In this document: piece after piece, positions 45,895 to 56,133 of the stretch
Position numbering within the stretch: position 1 is the stretch's first letter
Layout: every line of letters begins with the position of its first letter
DNA from: Polyangiaceae bacterium
Lineage (GTDB): Bacteria; Myxococcota_A; Polyangia; Polyangiales; Polyangiaceae
Assembly: GCA_036496745.1 (NCBI GenBank)
Contig: DASXKQ010000250.1
Coordinates: forward strand, 4,684 to 68,683
Reading direction: 5' to 3'
DNA: 64,000 nucleotides
Notes under the pieces: model-generated
The model's database searches: none
What the model was told of the DNA's origin: nothing
What the model saw: only the letters and a program-made list of their open reading frames with translations
Translations under genes and position numbers: made by a program

Positions 45895-47882
45895 TCCGCC
45901 ATCAACTGTGCGTTTTGCGACGGATCGAGACCGCGCTTCAGCAGCGCAAATTCGCCGACGCGCTTGAGCACGCCGTACTCGCCGTTCTGGAGGGCCGCCG
46001 TGAGCGTCTGCTTGGTGTGCGAGAGCTTGAGCTCCTTGCCCGACGCGATCAGGTACTCTGCTCCGTGCGGGCCCGTGCGCATCGCGTACATGTTGACGCG
46101 CGACGACAGGTGCGGGCCAATCGTCTCGGTAGCCGCCACCGAGGCATCCTTCGGGATCATCACCATCAGCGACTGGAGCTGCGCGAAACGCGCGATCTCC
46201 GCGTCCGAGATCGTGAACTCGAGATACGAGTAGCCCGCCTTGAACGAGTTCGGGCGGCGTGAAAACGCGCCGTAGTTGTAGGTGAGCACGAGCGAGGCGC
46301 ACACCATGGTGGCCGCAGCCGCGTGCATGCGAGGCACCCCCAGCAAAGACTCGCGCTTGATCGCCGCGAGCGCGAGCGGCGTAGCCAGGAACAGGTACGG
46401 CGCCCAGTGCATCACGTAGTGAAACGAGTACAGCGTGGGTGGGTCGTAGTCCGTGACGAGCAGCGTCAGCAGTAGACCCGGCAAGAACGCCACCCAAAGA
46501 TACCAACGGCGCGCCGGCAAGAACGCGACCGGCAAGAGCAGGTGCAAGAGATAGATCAGCTTGCGCTCGATGACGATCTTCGACCAGACGAAGAGTGGGT
46601 TCGTGAGCAAGGTCTTGATTACGCTTCGGTAACCCTTCTCTCCCTCCGCCCAGAGCGTCTTGTACATGTTCGGGTACCACCACTCGCCTGCTTCATCCAT
46701 CAGGTAAAAGCGCAGGTACACGAAGTAAGCGAGCGACCCGACGAGCAGCGCGAGGCCGGCACGCGGTCGATAGCCGGTCAGCAGAAAGTAAGCACCGACG
46801 ATGGCGACGCCGATCGGCACGTCTTCACGGAGCAGCACGGCGGCGGCCGCTGATAGACCGCACACCCACCAGCGCTCGTACTCCGCCGCCCAGACCAAGA
46901 GCAGAATAAAGAACGCCGCGATCGGCACGTTCTGGAACTCCGAAAAGTTCGCGCTGTGTAGCGGGTAGTAGCAGAGAAAGACCAGGCTTATCAGCGCCGC
47001 CATCCACTCCGATACGTAACGCCGCGCGAAACCAAACAGCGGCAATGCGCTCGAGCCGAGCAACACCGTTTGCAAGACGAGCAGCGTCTCCGGCCGCGGC
47101 ACGAGCGCGTAGATCGGCAGGAAAATGTAGGTGCCGAACTTGGCGTGGTTCGCCAGATACTTTCCCGGGTCGGACGGGAAGACCACTGTGCTCTGCAGGA
47201 ACTTGCCGTGCAGCCCGCCGTAGATCAGGTTGTTGTTGATCGAGAGATCGAAGTTGTGCGTGCGCAGCTTGTAGTGCCAGCGCACCAGAAAAAAACTCAT
47301 GAACAGCACGTAGGCAACGACCGCAGCGAGCACGACCCAGAGCGGTCCGCGCGCCCGCACTTGCTGCGGAATCGGCTCGAGCACGCCCTGCCACCACTCT
47401 CGCACCGCGCTCGGGGCTTCACACAGTGCACGAAATACCAAGCGTTCGGCGACGAGCGAGCCGAGCAGCACGACGAGCAATAGGTCGTCTTGGCGGTTCT
47501 GCCAGGGTTTGTAACGGAACACGAGCGGCAACAGCGGCAGCAGCAGGAGTGGCGATAAAAACCACAGCCATTGTTCGCAAAGCGCCCAACCGTGTCCGCG
47601 CCGACGCATCCAATACAGCGTGCCGCCCACAGTGAGCGCCCCGACGAAGCTGCTCCCGACGTACGCCCAAACCAAGCGCATGCGCTGGCCTGGGTCAGGC
47701 AACGTGTTGCTGATCAAGAACTCCGCAACCCAGTGTGAGCGGAAGGCGAACTCGAACCACATCACGGCTGCGCCGAGTAGGAGCCCGCCGAGAACGACCG
47801 AGCGACTCGCGATGCCCCACGGGTTTTCGAGCAGATTGGCGGGCGACTTTGCCGCCTTTTCCGGGCCAGTCATCGGGCGCAA
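45882..47882 (-). CDS. DUF2079-like GT-C membrane protein (6)
   Basis: THNFDLSINNN, NHAKF, PETLLVLQ, FSEFQ, LLREDV, HYVMHW. Confidence 0.75.
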   Translation of the reverse strand: MRPMTGPEKAAKSPANLLENPWGIASRSVVLGGLLLGAAVMWFEFAFRSHWVAEFLISNTLPDPGQRMRLVWAYVGSSFVGALTVGGTLYWMRRRGHGWALCEQWLWFLSPLLLLPLLPLVFRYKPWQNRQDDLLLVVLLGSLVAERLVFRALCEAPSAVREWWQGVLEPIPQQVRARGPLWVVLAAVVAYVLFMSFFLVRWHYKLRTHNFDLSINNNLIYGGLHGKFLQSTVVFPSDPGKYLANHAKFGTYIFLPIYALVPRPETLLVLQTVLLGSSALPLFGFARRYVSEWMAALISLVFLCYYPLHSANFSEFQNVPIAAFFILLLVWAAEYERWWVCGLSAAAAVLLREDVPIGVAIVGAYFLLTGYRPRAGLALLVGSLAYFVYLRFYLMDEAGEWWYPNMYKTLWAEGEKGYRSVIKTLLTNPLFVWSKIVIERKLIYLLHLLLPVAFLPARRWYLWVAFLPGLLLTLLVTDYDPPTLYSFHYVMHWAPYLFLATPLALAAIKRESLLGVPRMHAAAATMVCASLVLTYNYGAFSRRPNSFKAGYSYLEFTISDAEIARFAQLQSLMVMIPKDASVAATETIGPHLSSRVNMYAMRTGPHGAEYLIASGKELKLSHTKQTLTAALQNGEYGVLKRVGEFALLKRGLDPSQNAQLMADWQL

Positions 47883-47966
47883 GCATTACCACGAGCGACT
47901 CGGCTGCGCGCCGACTCGAGCAAACCTGGAGGCTCCTAGCGCCGTCCCCGAGCGGCGCGTACGCTA

Positions 47967-50900
47967 TTGGCAGTGATTCGCCGTCCGCTGTCCCGCTTCT
48001 GCCTGGCCGCCTTGCTCGCGGTCTGCTCGGCGGAGACTGCCCACGCTGAGTTCAACCCGCTCGGACGGAGCAAAAAGAGGCCGAGCCCACCGGCGCCGAC
48101 GACCACTCCGAGTAAGCCACGAGCTGCGAGCCCCGCCCCGAGCCCCGCGGCCGTCCCCAAAGCCGCCGAAAAACCGAAGGAAGCGAGCGGGCCGAGCAGC
48201 GAGGCTTTGATCGCCCGCTATATGGGCATCGTGCTCGCGCAACCGGGCGCGGACTTTCCATTGCAGCGGCTGATTGAACTCTACCGCGAGCGGGACGGCA
48301 AGCTCGACGGGCTGCTCGCCGATCTGGACCAGCGCGTCGCCTCCGCCGGCGGCTCGCACTACGCCGCGCTGATTGCACGCGCCGGCATCGAAAAATTCGA
48401 TGGGCACCCGGAGCGAGCGCAAGCCTCCTACGAGCGCGCGATCGGCGAGGAACCCAAGAACGCCATCGCGATCCTGGCGCTGGCGCGCATGCTGAACGAA
48501 CGCGGCGACAAGCAGCAAGCTCGCCAACGCTTCGAGCAAGCCATGCCCGCGATCAAAGACGATGCCGAGCACGAGCAGGTGCTGCGCACGCTGCTCGGCT
48601 TGTGCCTCGATCTCAAGGACTTCGACGCCGCCAAGCGCATGCACGAGGAGCTCGTCAAGCGTTCGAACGGTTCGTTTTTCGTGCGCGCCGAACTCGGTCG
48701 AGAGCTGCTCGCGCGCGGGGACTACCAGCGCGCCGCAGCGGAGTACAAGCTCGTCGTGCGCGCCGCGAGCGGCGACAATCGCGTGCTCGCGCCGGCTTTG
48801 CGTGACTACGGCAAGGCTCTCGCGAAGCTCGGCAAGACCGAGGAGGCATTGACCGAGCTGCGACGCGCGCGCGACCTGGCCGGTGAGTCCGGAGTGCGAC
48901 GCGAAGTCGGGGATGCGATCGTCGAAATTTATCGCAACGAGGAGCGGCTCCCGCAGCTGATCAGCGAGCTCGAGAAGCAAAATAGCTCACAACCCGACGC
49001 GCTGCGCACGCTCGGCGCGCTGTACGAAGAAACCGGGCAGGTGGAAAAGGCGATCGCCATGTATCGCCGCGTACTGCAGAGCGACGCCAAGGATCTCTCG
49101 ACGCACCTGCGCGTCGTGCATTTGCTGGAAGTGCGCGGCGATCTCGATCAAGCCATCGCCGAATACGACGCGTTGATTCGCGCCGCGCCGCGCAACCCGG
49201 ATTTCGTCTTCCGCATGGCGGAGGCGTTGATCGCGCGGGGTGATCGCAAGCGCGCGCTGGAGCGGCTGCAAGAGCTGGAGGCTCGCTCGGGCAACGACGA
49301 AGAAACTCTGACGGCGCTCGTCGACTTCTACGAGCGCGTCGAGGAAAAGTCGCACGCGCTCGCGCTGCTGCAGCGTCTAGCCGCGGGCGGAGCGGCGGAC
49401 CCCGAACACTTGGTGGAACTCGGTGCGCGCTATTGGCAAGAGGGCGACAAGAAAAAGGCGCTCGCCACCTGGCAGCGCATCAAGCTGGTCGTGCCGGATC
49501 GCGCGCGTGCGCTGTCGATGCTGGGCGAAATTTACCTCGAGCACGACATGCCTGCTGAAGCGCTGCAGGCCTTGGCGGAGGCGGTAAAAATAGCGCCGAA
49601 GCAGGCGCGCTACCGCAAAGCATACGCGCTCGCGCTCGAGCGCAGCAGCTCGTCGACCGCCACTCGCGAACAACGCTCCGCGCAGTTCGACGAGGCGCGC
49701 AAGATCTGGGAGCAACTCCTGCACGACGCGAGCGCCGACGCGAACCTCGCGCGCGAGGCCCGCCAGCACATCGTGAGTTTGTGGAGCTTGGACGGCCAGC
49801 TCGCCGCGCGTCTGCCCGGCCTCGAGGGCCGACTCAAGCAAACTCCCCCTGATCTGGAAGCCGGACGCTTGCTGGCGGAGGCGGATTTCAGATTGCGCCG
49901 CTACGCCGACGCCGAGCGCGTCTTGCGGCGCGTCACCGACGCGGCGCCCAGCGACGTCGAAAGCCTGCTCGCGCTCGAGCGAGTGTTCGGCCTCGAGCGC
50001 AAGCTGAAGGACGCGATTGCCGTGCTCGAAAAGCTGACGCACGCCGACCCCAAGCGCGCCCGCGAGTACTACCAACGCATGGCCAGCAACGCGGCCGAGC
50101 TCTATCAAGACGACGAGGCGGTGGCCTATGCCGCGCGCGCGGTCGAGCTCAGTCCCGACGACGCGGAGGGGCACAAGAAGCTCGGCGAGATGTATCGCAA
50201 GCGCCAAGACGTCCGCCGTTCGATCGGCGAATTTCGCCAAGCCATCACCAAGAACGACCGCTTATTTCCGGTCTATTTGGAGCTCGCCGAGCTGCTGCTC
50301 GGTGAGGGCTCCACGGACGAGGCCGACCTGCTGCTGCGCCGCGTGATTCGGGCCTCGCCGGACGAAGAGCTCGTCGCGCAAGCGGCGCGCCTCAGCATGC
50401 AGGTGAATCTCGGCAAGGGCACGCTCGAGTCGCTCGAACACGACCTGTTGCCGCTCGCGCTGAACAACCCCGAGCGCGGCATCTACCGCCGGCTCTTGCT
50501 CGAGATCTACGGCGCGATCGCCTATCCACTGCTCGAGCAAGCCAAGAGCTCGGACGCGCGCGAGGCGGACGCGGCGCGCGCCGCGCTCGATCGCGTCGGA
50601 GAACGCGCCGTCAAGCCGCTGCTCGACGCCCTGTCCGACGCGCGCGAGGCAGAGCAAGAGGTCGCAATCAGCCTACTCGGGCACGTGCGCAATCGCAGCG
50701 CGGGACCGGCGCTCTTCTCGTACGCGATCGGCACGCAGGACGAGACCTTGCGCGCTCGCGCGATGATCGCCGTCGGCATGCTGCGCGATCCGGCGCTGTT
50801 GCCCCGCTACCAGTCGCTGCTCGTCACGTCCGGTCACGCCGTGGCCGATGACGCGGATCCCGTCGTGCTAGCCGCCGCCTGGGGCGTCGCGCGCCTACAC

Positions 50901-52070
50901 GCGCCGCAGGCGCAGCGGTTACTCTCTGAGCTGGCGGACAGCGAAGCACCGAATCTTGCAGCGCTCGGCCTGCTCGGTCTCGGCGCGCTCGGCGGGCGCG
51001 TCGCGCTGCCCCAGATCACGCGCGCGCTGGAGAGTAGCGCCGCCGGTCCGCTGCCGCGCGCCGCAGCAGCTTTTGCGCTCGGTGAGCTGGGCCAAACGAG
51101 CGAAAGTGAGCTGCTCGGTGAGCTCACGCGCAGCACGGACGTGACGCTGCGCAGCAGCGCCTTGCTCGCGCTCGCGCGGCTCAACGCCCCATCGGCGCCG
51201 CGCGCGATTGCAGACGCGTTGGTCAGCGGCGACCCTGTGCTGGCGCCGGCGGCCGCGGACGCCGCGCTGATCTGGTCGACACACGAATACCGCCGAGCGC
51301 GCGAAGTCTTGCCAGCCCCTGCCGGAATGGTCGACGTACGCGCGGTCCTCGACGGCTTGCGACCGGCGGGCTACGGCAAAGACGAGCGGGTCGCCGCGCT
51401 CGACAAGCTCGCGCCGACCTTGAGCGAGGCGTGCGTCGCCGCGGCACAGGCCTCGCCCGAGCGCGCGCGCGCCGTCGCCGAGCTCCTGTTAGGCGATCTC
51501 GGCAAGCCACCCTTTGGAGCGCTGCTCGATCCCGCACAATCGGCGCAGGCGAGCGCGCACGGACTCGAACTCAGTCATCGCATTGGAGCCGAGCTCGTGC
51601 CGACCTTCATCGGTCTCTCCAAACACCTTTCGGTCGACGTTCGCTTGTTCGCACTGCGCTTTCTGGCCGGCCGTGAAGAGGACGCCGCACGCGCGGCGCT
51701 TGCCGCCGCCCTGGGCGACGCGCGTGGTGAGGTGCGCAGGGCCGCCCTGGGCGCACTCGGGCCGCGCGATGTCGCGGCACGCGCGGTCATCGCGCGCTTG
51801 CTTCAAACCGAGTCGGACTGGGCGCTACGCGCGGCGGCGGCCGAAGCGCTCGGCAGAATCGCCGAGAAATCGGCTGATCCTGCGACATTTGCCGCGCTCG
51901 AAACCAGTGCCGAGCATGATCCATATGCCCTCGTGCGAGAAGCCGCGCTGCCAGCCCTGGTTCACGTCAATCCCGCGCGCGCCCGCGAAGTCTTGGCTCA
52001 TAGTCATGACAGCGACCCCGAACCCAGGGTAAAAGCGCGGGCAGCTGCTCTGCTCGACGAGCTCCGATGA
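47967..52070 (+). CDS. Large secreted TPR + HEAT-repeat protein
   Basis: Signal peptide ending AHA; many TPR-like helix pairs; C-terminal HEAT/PBS-lyase-like repeats (VRRAAL, LRAAAAEAL, VREAAL). Confidence 0.85.
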   Translation: MAVIRRPLSRFCLAALLAVCSAETAHAEFNPLGRSKKRPSPPAPTTTPSKPRAASPAPSPAAVPKAAEKPKEASGPSSEALIARYMGIVLAQPGADFPLQRLIELYRERDGKLDGLLADLDQRVASAGGSHYAALIARAGIEKFDGHPERAQASYERAIGEEPKNAIAILALARMLNERGDKQQARQRFEQAMPAIKDDAEHEQVLRTLLGLCLDLKDFDAAKRMHEELVKRSNGSFFVRAELGRELLARGDYQRAAAEYKLVVRAASGDNRVLAPALRDYGKALAKLGKTEEALTELRRARDLAGESGVRREVGDAIVEIYRNEERLPQLISELEKQNSSQPDALRTLGALYEETGQVEKAIAMYRRVLQSDAKDLSTHLRVVHLLEVRGDLDQAIAEYDALIRAAPRNPDFVFRMAEALIARGDRKRALERLQELEARSGNDEETLTALVDFYERVEEKSHALALLQRLAAGGAADPEHLVELGARYWQEGDKKKALATWQRIKLVVPDRARALSMLGEIYLEHDMPAEALQALAEAVKIAPKQARYRKAYALALERSSSSTATREQRSAQFDEARKIWEQLLHDASADANLAREARQHIVSLWSLDGQLAARLPGLEGRLKQTPPDLEAGRLLAEADFRLRRYADAERVLRRVTDAAPSDVESLLALERVFGLERKLKDAIAVLEKLTHADPKRAREYYQRMASNAAELYQDDEAVAYAARAVELSPDDAEGHKKLGEMYRKRQDVRRSIGEFRQAITKNDRLFPVYLELAELLLGEGSTDEADLLLRRVIRASPDEELVAQAARLSMQVNLGKGTLESLEHDLLPLALNNPERGIYRRLLLEIYGAIAYPLLEQAKSSDAREADAARAALDRVGERAVKPLLDALSDAREAEQEVAISLLGHVRNRSAGPALFSYAIGTQDETLRARAMIAVGMLRDPALLPRYQSLLVTSGHAVADDADPVVLAAAWGVARLHAPQAQRLLSELADSEAPNLAALGLLGLGALGGRVALPQITRALESSAAGPLPRAAAAFALGELGQTSESELLGELTRSTDVTLRSSALLALARLNAPSAPRAIADALVSGDPVLAPAAADAALIWSTHEYRRAREVLPAPAGMVDVRAVLDGLRPAGYGKDERVAALDKLAPTLSEACVAAAQASPERARAVAELLLGDLGKPPFGALLDPAQSAQASAHGLELSHRIGAELVPTFIGLSKHLSVDVRLFALRFLAGREEDAARAALAAALGDARGEVRRAALGALGPRDVAARAVIARLLQTESDWALRAAAAEALGRIAEKSADPATFAALETSAEHDPYALVREAALPALVHVNPARAREVLAHSHDSDPEPRVKARAAALLDELR

Positions 52071-52621
52071 AGCCTCGCCACACGAACCTCGCTGCTCACC
52101 GCGCGCTACTCGGGCTGACTCTTTTGCTCGCGGGTTGTCGCGATCTCTCGCACTTCGACAGCAAACCGGGCTCGGCATATTGCGGCGCAATCATCGGTAC
52201 GCCGGATTTCCAAGACGGCTTGATCGCCGCCGGACAGCCGCCGAGCCTGACCCTGAAGCTCACGCTCGACACGGGGAAATTGAACAGCGAGCCCGGCGTT
52301 CTCTCCAGCAACGACAAAGCGACCGGGCTCTGCTCGAGCACCGGTGATCCGCTTTTTCAGGATGCGCCGCTGCGCGCCATCCCGCAGATCGACCACGACG
52401 TTTTGTCGACGATGAGTTTTGGTGAGGGGCACGATCACGATTTTTTTACCTGGGTCGACTCACGCTGCCAGGGTCCGTTTCTCGCGTTGGTTTCGCTGAT
52501 GCGCAACGATCAGGTCGAGGTACGATTGTTCAAGCCCGGACCGATCGACGCCACGGGCGCCAATCGCTCCGGCTTCGGCGTGTTCCCGTTGAGCTCACAG
52601 CCCCACGGCTGCGGCTTCTGA
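52067..52621 (+). CDS. Putative lipoprotein
   Basis: Lipobox LLAGC; ATGA overlap with the TPR gene. Confidence 0.75.
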   Translation: MKPRHTNLAAHRALLGLTLLLAGCRDLSHFDSKPGSAYCGAIIGTPDFQDGLIAAGQPPSLTLKLTLDTGKLNSEPGVLSSNDKATGLCSSTGDPLFQDAPLRAIPQIDHDVLSTMSFGEGHDHDFFTWVDSRCQGPFLALVSLMRNDQVEVRLFKPGPIDATGANRSGFGVFPLSSQPHGCGF

Positions 52622-52626
52622 AAATC

Positions 52627-53706
52627 ATGCAGCTCGTGCTCGGCATCGAAACCTCGTGCGATGAGACCGCGGCCGCGCTCGTCACCGGTTCGGGCGAGGT
52701 CGTAGCGGACGCAGTGCACAGCCAGATCCAAGTGCACGCGCCGTACGGAGGCGTGGTCCCGGAACTCGCGTCCCGCGATCACCTGCGCAACGTGCGACCG
52801 GTGATCCAAGAGACCTTCACCCGCGCCGGCGTGCGACCAAGTGAGATCGACGGTATCGCGGTCACCTGCCGGCCCGGTCTCACCGGGGCGCTGCTGGTGG
52901 GCGTGCAGAGCGCGCAAGGCCTGAGCTTCGCGCTCGACAAGCCCGTGGTCGGCGTCGATCACTTGCTCGGGCATTTGCTGGCCGTTTTCTTGCGCTTTCC
53001 AGGCGCTGCGAGCGAACAGCCGCCCAGCTACCCGTTCGTGGCGTTGCTAGCCTCCGGTGGGCACACAGCCCTCTACCGCGTGGGCAGCGCGCACGTGGCA
53101 GACGTGCACGAGCTCGGCGCAACGCGCGACGACGCCGCCGGAGAAGCCTTCGACAAGGTCGCCAAACTGCTCGGCTTGGGCTACCCGGGCGGCCCCGTGA
53201 TCGATCGCCTCGCCAAGGAAGGAAATCCGGACACCATCGAGCTGCCTTGGCCCATGCGGCGACGCGATTCGCTCGAGTTCAGCTTCTCTGGGCTCAAGAC
53301 CAACATGCTGCGCTGGGTGCAAGACCACGGCTTGCCGGGCGACGATCAGACGCTGCGCGACGTATGCGCGGCCTTCCAACGCCGTGTGGTCGACACGTTG
53401 ATCGCGAAGGCGCTCGTCGCGTGCCAACGGGAGGGCGCGCGCACGCTGGTGCTCGCCGGCGGAGTCGCCGCCAATCGTGAGCTGCGCGCGCGCAGCGCCG
53501 AGCAGGCTGCACCGCTCGGCATCCGCGTGGTCGTACCGCCTTTCAAGGCTTGCACCGACAACGCCGCGATGATCGCCTACGCCGGCTTGAGTCGGCTCGC
53601 GCGCGGTGAAAACGACAGCGGCAAGCTCACGGTGAGCCCACACACTCTCTTGCCGCAGAGCACGCGCAAGGGGCGCGGACGGCGCGGCGAAGCCGTCCAA
53701 GATTGA
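52627..53706 (+). CDS. tsaD: tRNA N6-threonylcarbamoyladenosine transferase TsaD
   Basis: GIETSCDETA, GGVVPELASR, SGGHT, TRDDAAGEAFDK, GYPGGP, FSFSGLKT, GGVAAN, CTDNAAMIA. Confidence 0.97.
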   Translation: MQLVLGIETSCDETAAALVTGSGEVVADAVHSQIQVHAPYGGVVPELASRDHLRNVRPVIQETFTRAGVRPSEIDGIAVTCRPGLTGALLVGVQSAQGLSFALDKPVVGVDHLLGHLLAVFLRFPGAASEQPPSYPFVALLASGGHTALYRVGSAHVADVHELGATRDDAAGEAFDKVAKLLGLGYPGGPVIDRLAKEGNPDTIELPWPMRRRDSLEFSFSGLKTNMLRWVQDHGLPGDDQTLRDVCAAFQRRVVDTLIAKALVACQREGARTLVLAGGVAANRELRARSAEQAAPLGIRVVVPPFKACTDNAAMIAYAGLSRLARGENDSGKLTVSPHTLLPQSTRKGRGRRGEAVQD

Positions 53707-53712
53707 TCGAAA

Positions 53713-56118
53713 ATGGGGCTCGCTGAACGCGGGATCGCGGGACTGCGCACACGGTGGCGTGAGGGCGCTGCGGCGCTGCTCCTGGTCGCCGGGGTCGCGC
53801 TGTTCGCCGCTGTGGGCAACCAGCACTATCCGATCGCCGACTGGCTGTTCTGGCACTATGCCGTGTATTGGCTGGCTTCGCTCGCCTGCGTGGTCGCCTG
53901 CTTCGGCATCGGCTCGGCAAGCCTGCGCGCTCTAGGACTGCGTGGCCTGCGCACCTTGGAGCACTTGAGCCTAGCCTTCGCCCTGGGCTTGTTCGAGTTC
54001 GAGCTTGCCATGTTCTTGCTCGGTGCACTGCACCTTTATCGAGCGGTTCTGTTCTTCACGCTGCCGATCGGGCTAGTCGTCGTGAGCTTCAACGAGCTCC
54101 GCTCACTCTGGTCACACCTTCGCCGGCGCGAACGTCGACTCGCGCGCTACCGGCCGCCACTCGGCAGCGCGGGCGCGCTCGCGCTCGCATTCGGTTTCGT
54201 GGGACTGCTCGCCGTCTACTTCATGATCTTGTCGCCGGAAAACGTCGAGTTCGACTCGCGTTGGAAGCATCTCGCGCTCGCCGAGGACTACGTTTCCTTC
54301 GGCGGTATTCGGCCGTTGATGGAGGGCTGGATGTTCGACGCGCGCCCTCATTTCACGAGCTACCTCTACGCCTGGGCGTTTCTGCTGCCGAAAAGCAGCC
54401 TCTTCGATCGCATGCTGCTGTCGGCGCACTTGGAGTTCGTGGCGTTTTTGGTAACGACGCTGGTCGGCATTCCGGCACTCGTCCGCCGACTGGCACCGCG
54501 CGCCGATCCCCGCGTCGTGTGGGCGGCGCGCTTCCTATTTCCCGGTGTGCTGCTTTATGACAGCAGCCTCGCGGCCGGCGCCGATCATTTCGGCGCAATG
54601 TACGGCGTTCCGATCTGCCTAGCGACGTTGTTCGCGTGGCGGGCGCTCTCGGCGCGCTGGTGCGTATTGCTCGGAGCCCTACTCGCAGCGGCGACACTCG
54701 TAAAAGAGACGACCGCGCTCTTGCTCGTACCGATCCCTGTGATCGCGATCGCCGTTCGACTCGGAGTGCTGCAGGTGCGTGCGTTCCGCGCACCGAAAAC
54801 CGGCGACCTGTTCGCGCTGATGCGCGGCCCGTTGTTCGCCGCGGCGACCGCGCTGCTGTGCAGTGCGCCGCTCTGGCTCACCAATTGGCTTTGGCACGGC
54901 GACCCGCTATATCCGGCGCTCAACCGCTATCTTTCGCCGCGTCCTTGGACCAGTGAATCCGCGTACAAACTCAAGTGGGCGTATGAAGAGGCGAACCTGT
55001 GGCAGCCTTCCCATGATCTATCTGGGCTCCTCAGCTCGCTGAAAGCGCTCGCCACCTTTTCGTTTCTGCCGAACGACTGGTCCAGTTTTCACGGCAAGAC
55101 CCCCGTCTTCGGCTCGCTGTTCACCCTGCTCATTCCGGCGCTGCTTTTTTGTCGCGCGCGCTTGCGGCTATGGCTCGTGATCGGTTGGGTGCACGCGGCC
55201 ATTTTTTGTTGGTTTTGGATTCACCACCAAGATCGCTACTTGCAAGGCATTCTGCCGTTGATGACGGCCGCGACCTGCGCGGCCGTACTGGTCGTCTGGC
55301 GAACGGGGCTCGCGGCGCGCTGCGCGCTTTCGGCGCTGATTGGGCTCCAGGTCGTGTGGGGTGGGGACGTCTACTTCATCCAAACGCACCCCCTCGCAAA
55401 ATCACCGCTCAAGAAGAGCATCGATCTGCTGTCGGCGGGTTTCGAGCGCAAATACGAACAACGTTTTTCGATTCAAGAGGCATGGCAGCAAGTAGCGCGC
55501 GTACTCCCGAAGCGCTCCCGGGTCGTCGTCCACGACGAGAACAACCACCTTGGCCTCGAGGCGCAGGTGGTCATGGATCGCTTTCCGTTCGAATACGGCA
55601 TCAGCTACGGCTTGCAACAAACGCCGGCGGACGTGTTTCGCCTGTACCGAAGCCTGGGCGCGACGCACATCTTGTGGAACCAACGCAGCAAGGGCACCGA
55701 CTCGCTCGCCGGGGACATCATGTTCTGGGACTTCGTGATCCGGCGCGCGCCGAGCCTCGGGATTTTCGGCAGCACGCATCTATCCAAAATGCCAGATGCC
55801 GCACCCGCCGCCCCGTTCAACCCGACCGTGGCAGTCTTTCCCTGTCCGGGCTCGTACCCTGCGGGGTTTTATCGCGTGTCGGATCTACGCGTGCCGGTAT
55901 ACGGGCCGCAGAGCTCGCTTTTCCCCGCCGCGCCGCGCGCGCCCTTGGGCCCCGATTGGCCGAGCGCCCTCGAAAAAACCAGCGAGATCGTCGTCGCCGA
56001 TCTGCGCTGCTTTCAAGACGCGGCCAGACTCACAGCGCTCGGCTACGAGAAGATCGTGGACCGCGGTCACCCGCCAGGCACGCGCGGTCAAGACTATTCG
56101 CTTTGGCTCAAGCACTGA
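53713..56118 (+). CDS. GT-C-like polytopic membrane protein (7)
   Basis: About 15 TMs; loop EFDSRWKHL; LVKET; GDPLYP; QDRY; soluble C-terminus. Confidence 0.65.
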   Translation: MGLAERGIAGLRTRWREGAAALLLVAGVALFAAVGNQHYPIADWLFWHYAVYWLASLACVVACFGIGSASLRALGLRGLRTLEHLSLAFALGLFEFELAMFLLGALHLYRAVLFFTLPIGLVVVSFNELRSLWSHLRRRERRLARYRPPLGSAGALALAFGFVGLLAVYFMILSPENVEFDSRWKHLALAEDYVSFGGIRPLMEGWMFDARPHFTSYLYAWAFLLPKSSLFDRMLLSAHLEFVAFLVTTLVGIPALVRRLAPRADPRVVWAARFLFPGVLLYDSSLAAGADHFGAMYGVPICLATLFAWRALSARWCVLLGALLAAATLVKETTALLLVPIPVIAIAVRLGVLQVRAFRAPKTGDLFALMRGPLFAAATALLCSAPLWLTNWLWHGDPLYPALNRYLSPRPWTSESAYKLKWAYEEANLWQPSHDLSGLLSSLKALATFSFLPNDWSSFHGKTPVFGSLFTLLIPALLFCRARLRLWLVIGWVHAAIFCWFWIHHQDRYLQGILPLMTAATCAAVLVVWRTGLAARCALSALIGLQVVWGGDVYFIQTHPLAKSPLKKSIDLLSAGFERKYEQRFSIQEAWQQVARVLPKRSRVVVHDENNHLGLEAQVVMDRFPFEYGISYGLQQTPADVFRLYRSLGATHILWNQRSKGTDSLAGDIMFWDFVIRRAPSLGIFGSTHLSKMPDAAPAAPFNPTVAVFPCPGSYPAGFYRVSDLRVPVYGPQSSLFPAAPRAPLGPDWPSALEKTSEIVVADLRCFQDAARLTALGYEKIVDRGHPPGTRGQDYSLWLKH

Positions 56119-56133
56119 ACGCGCCAAGCGCGA

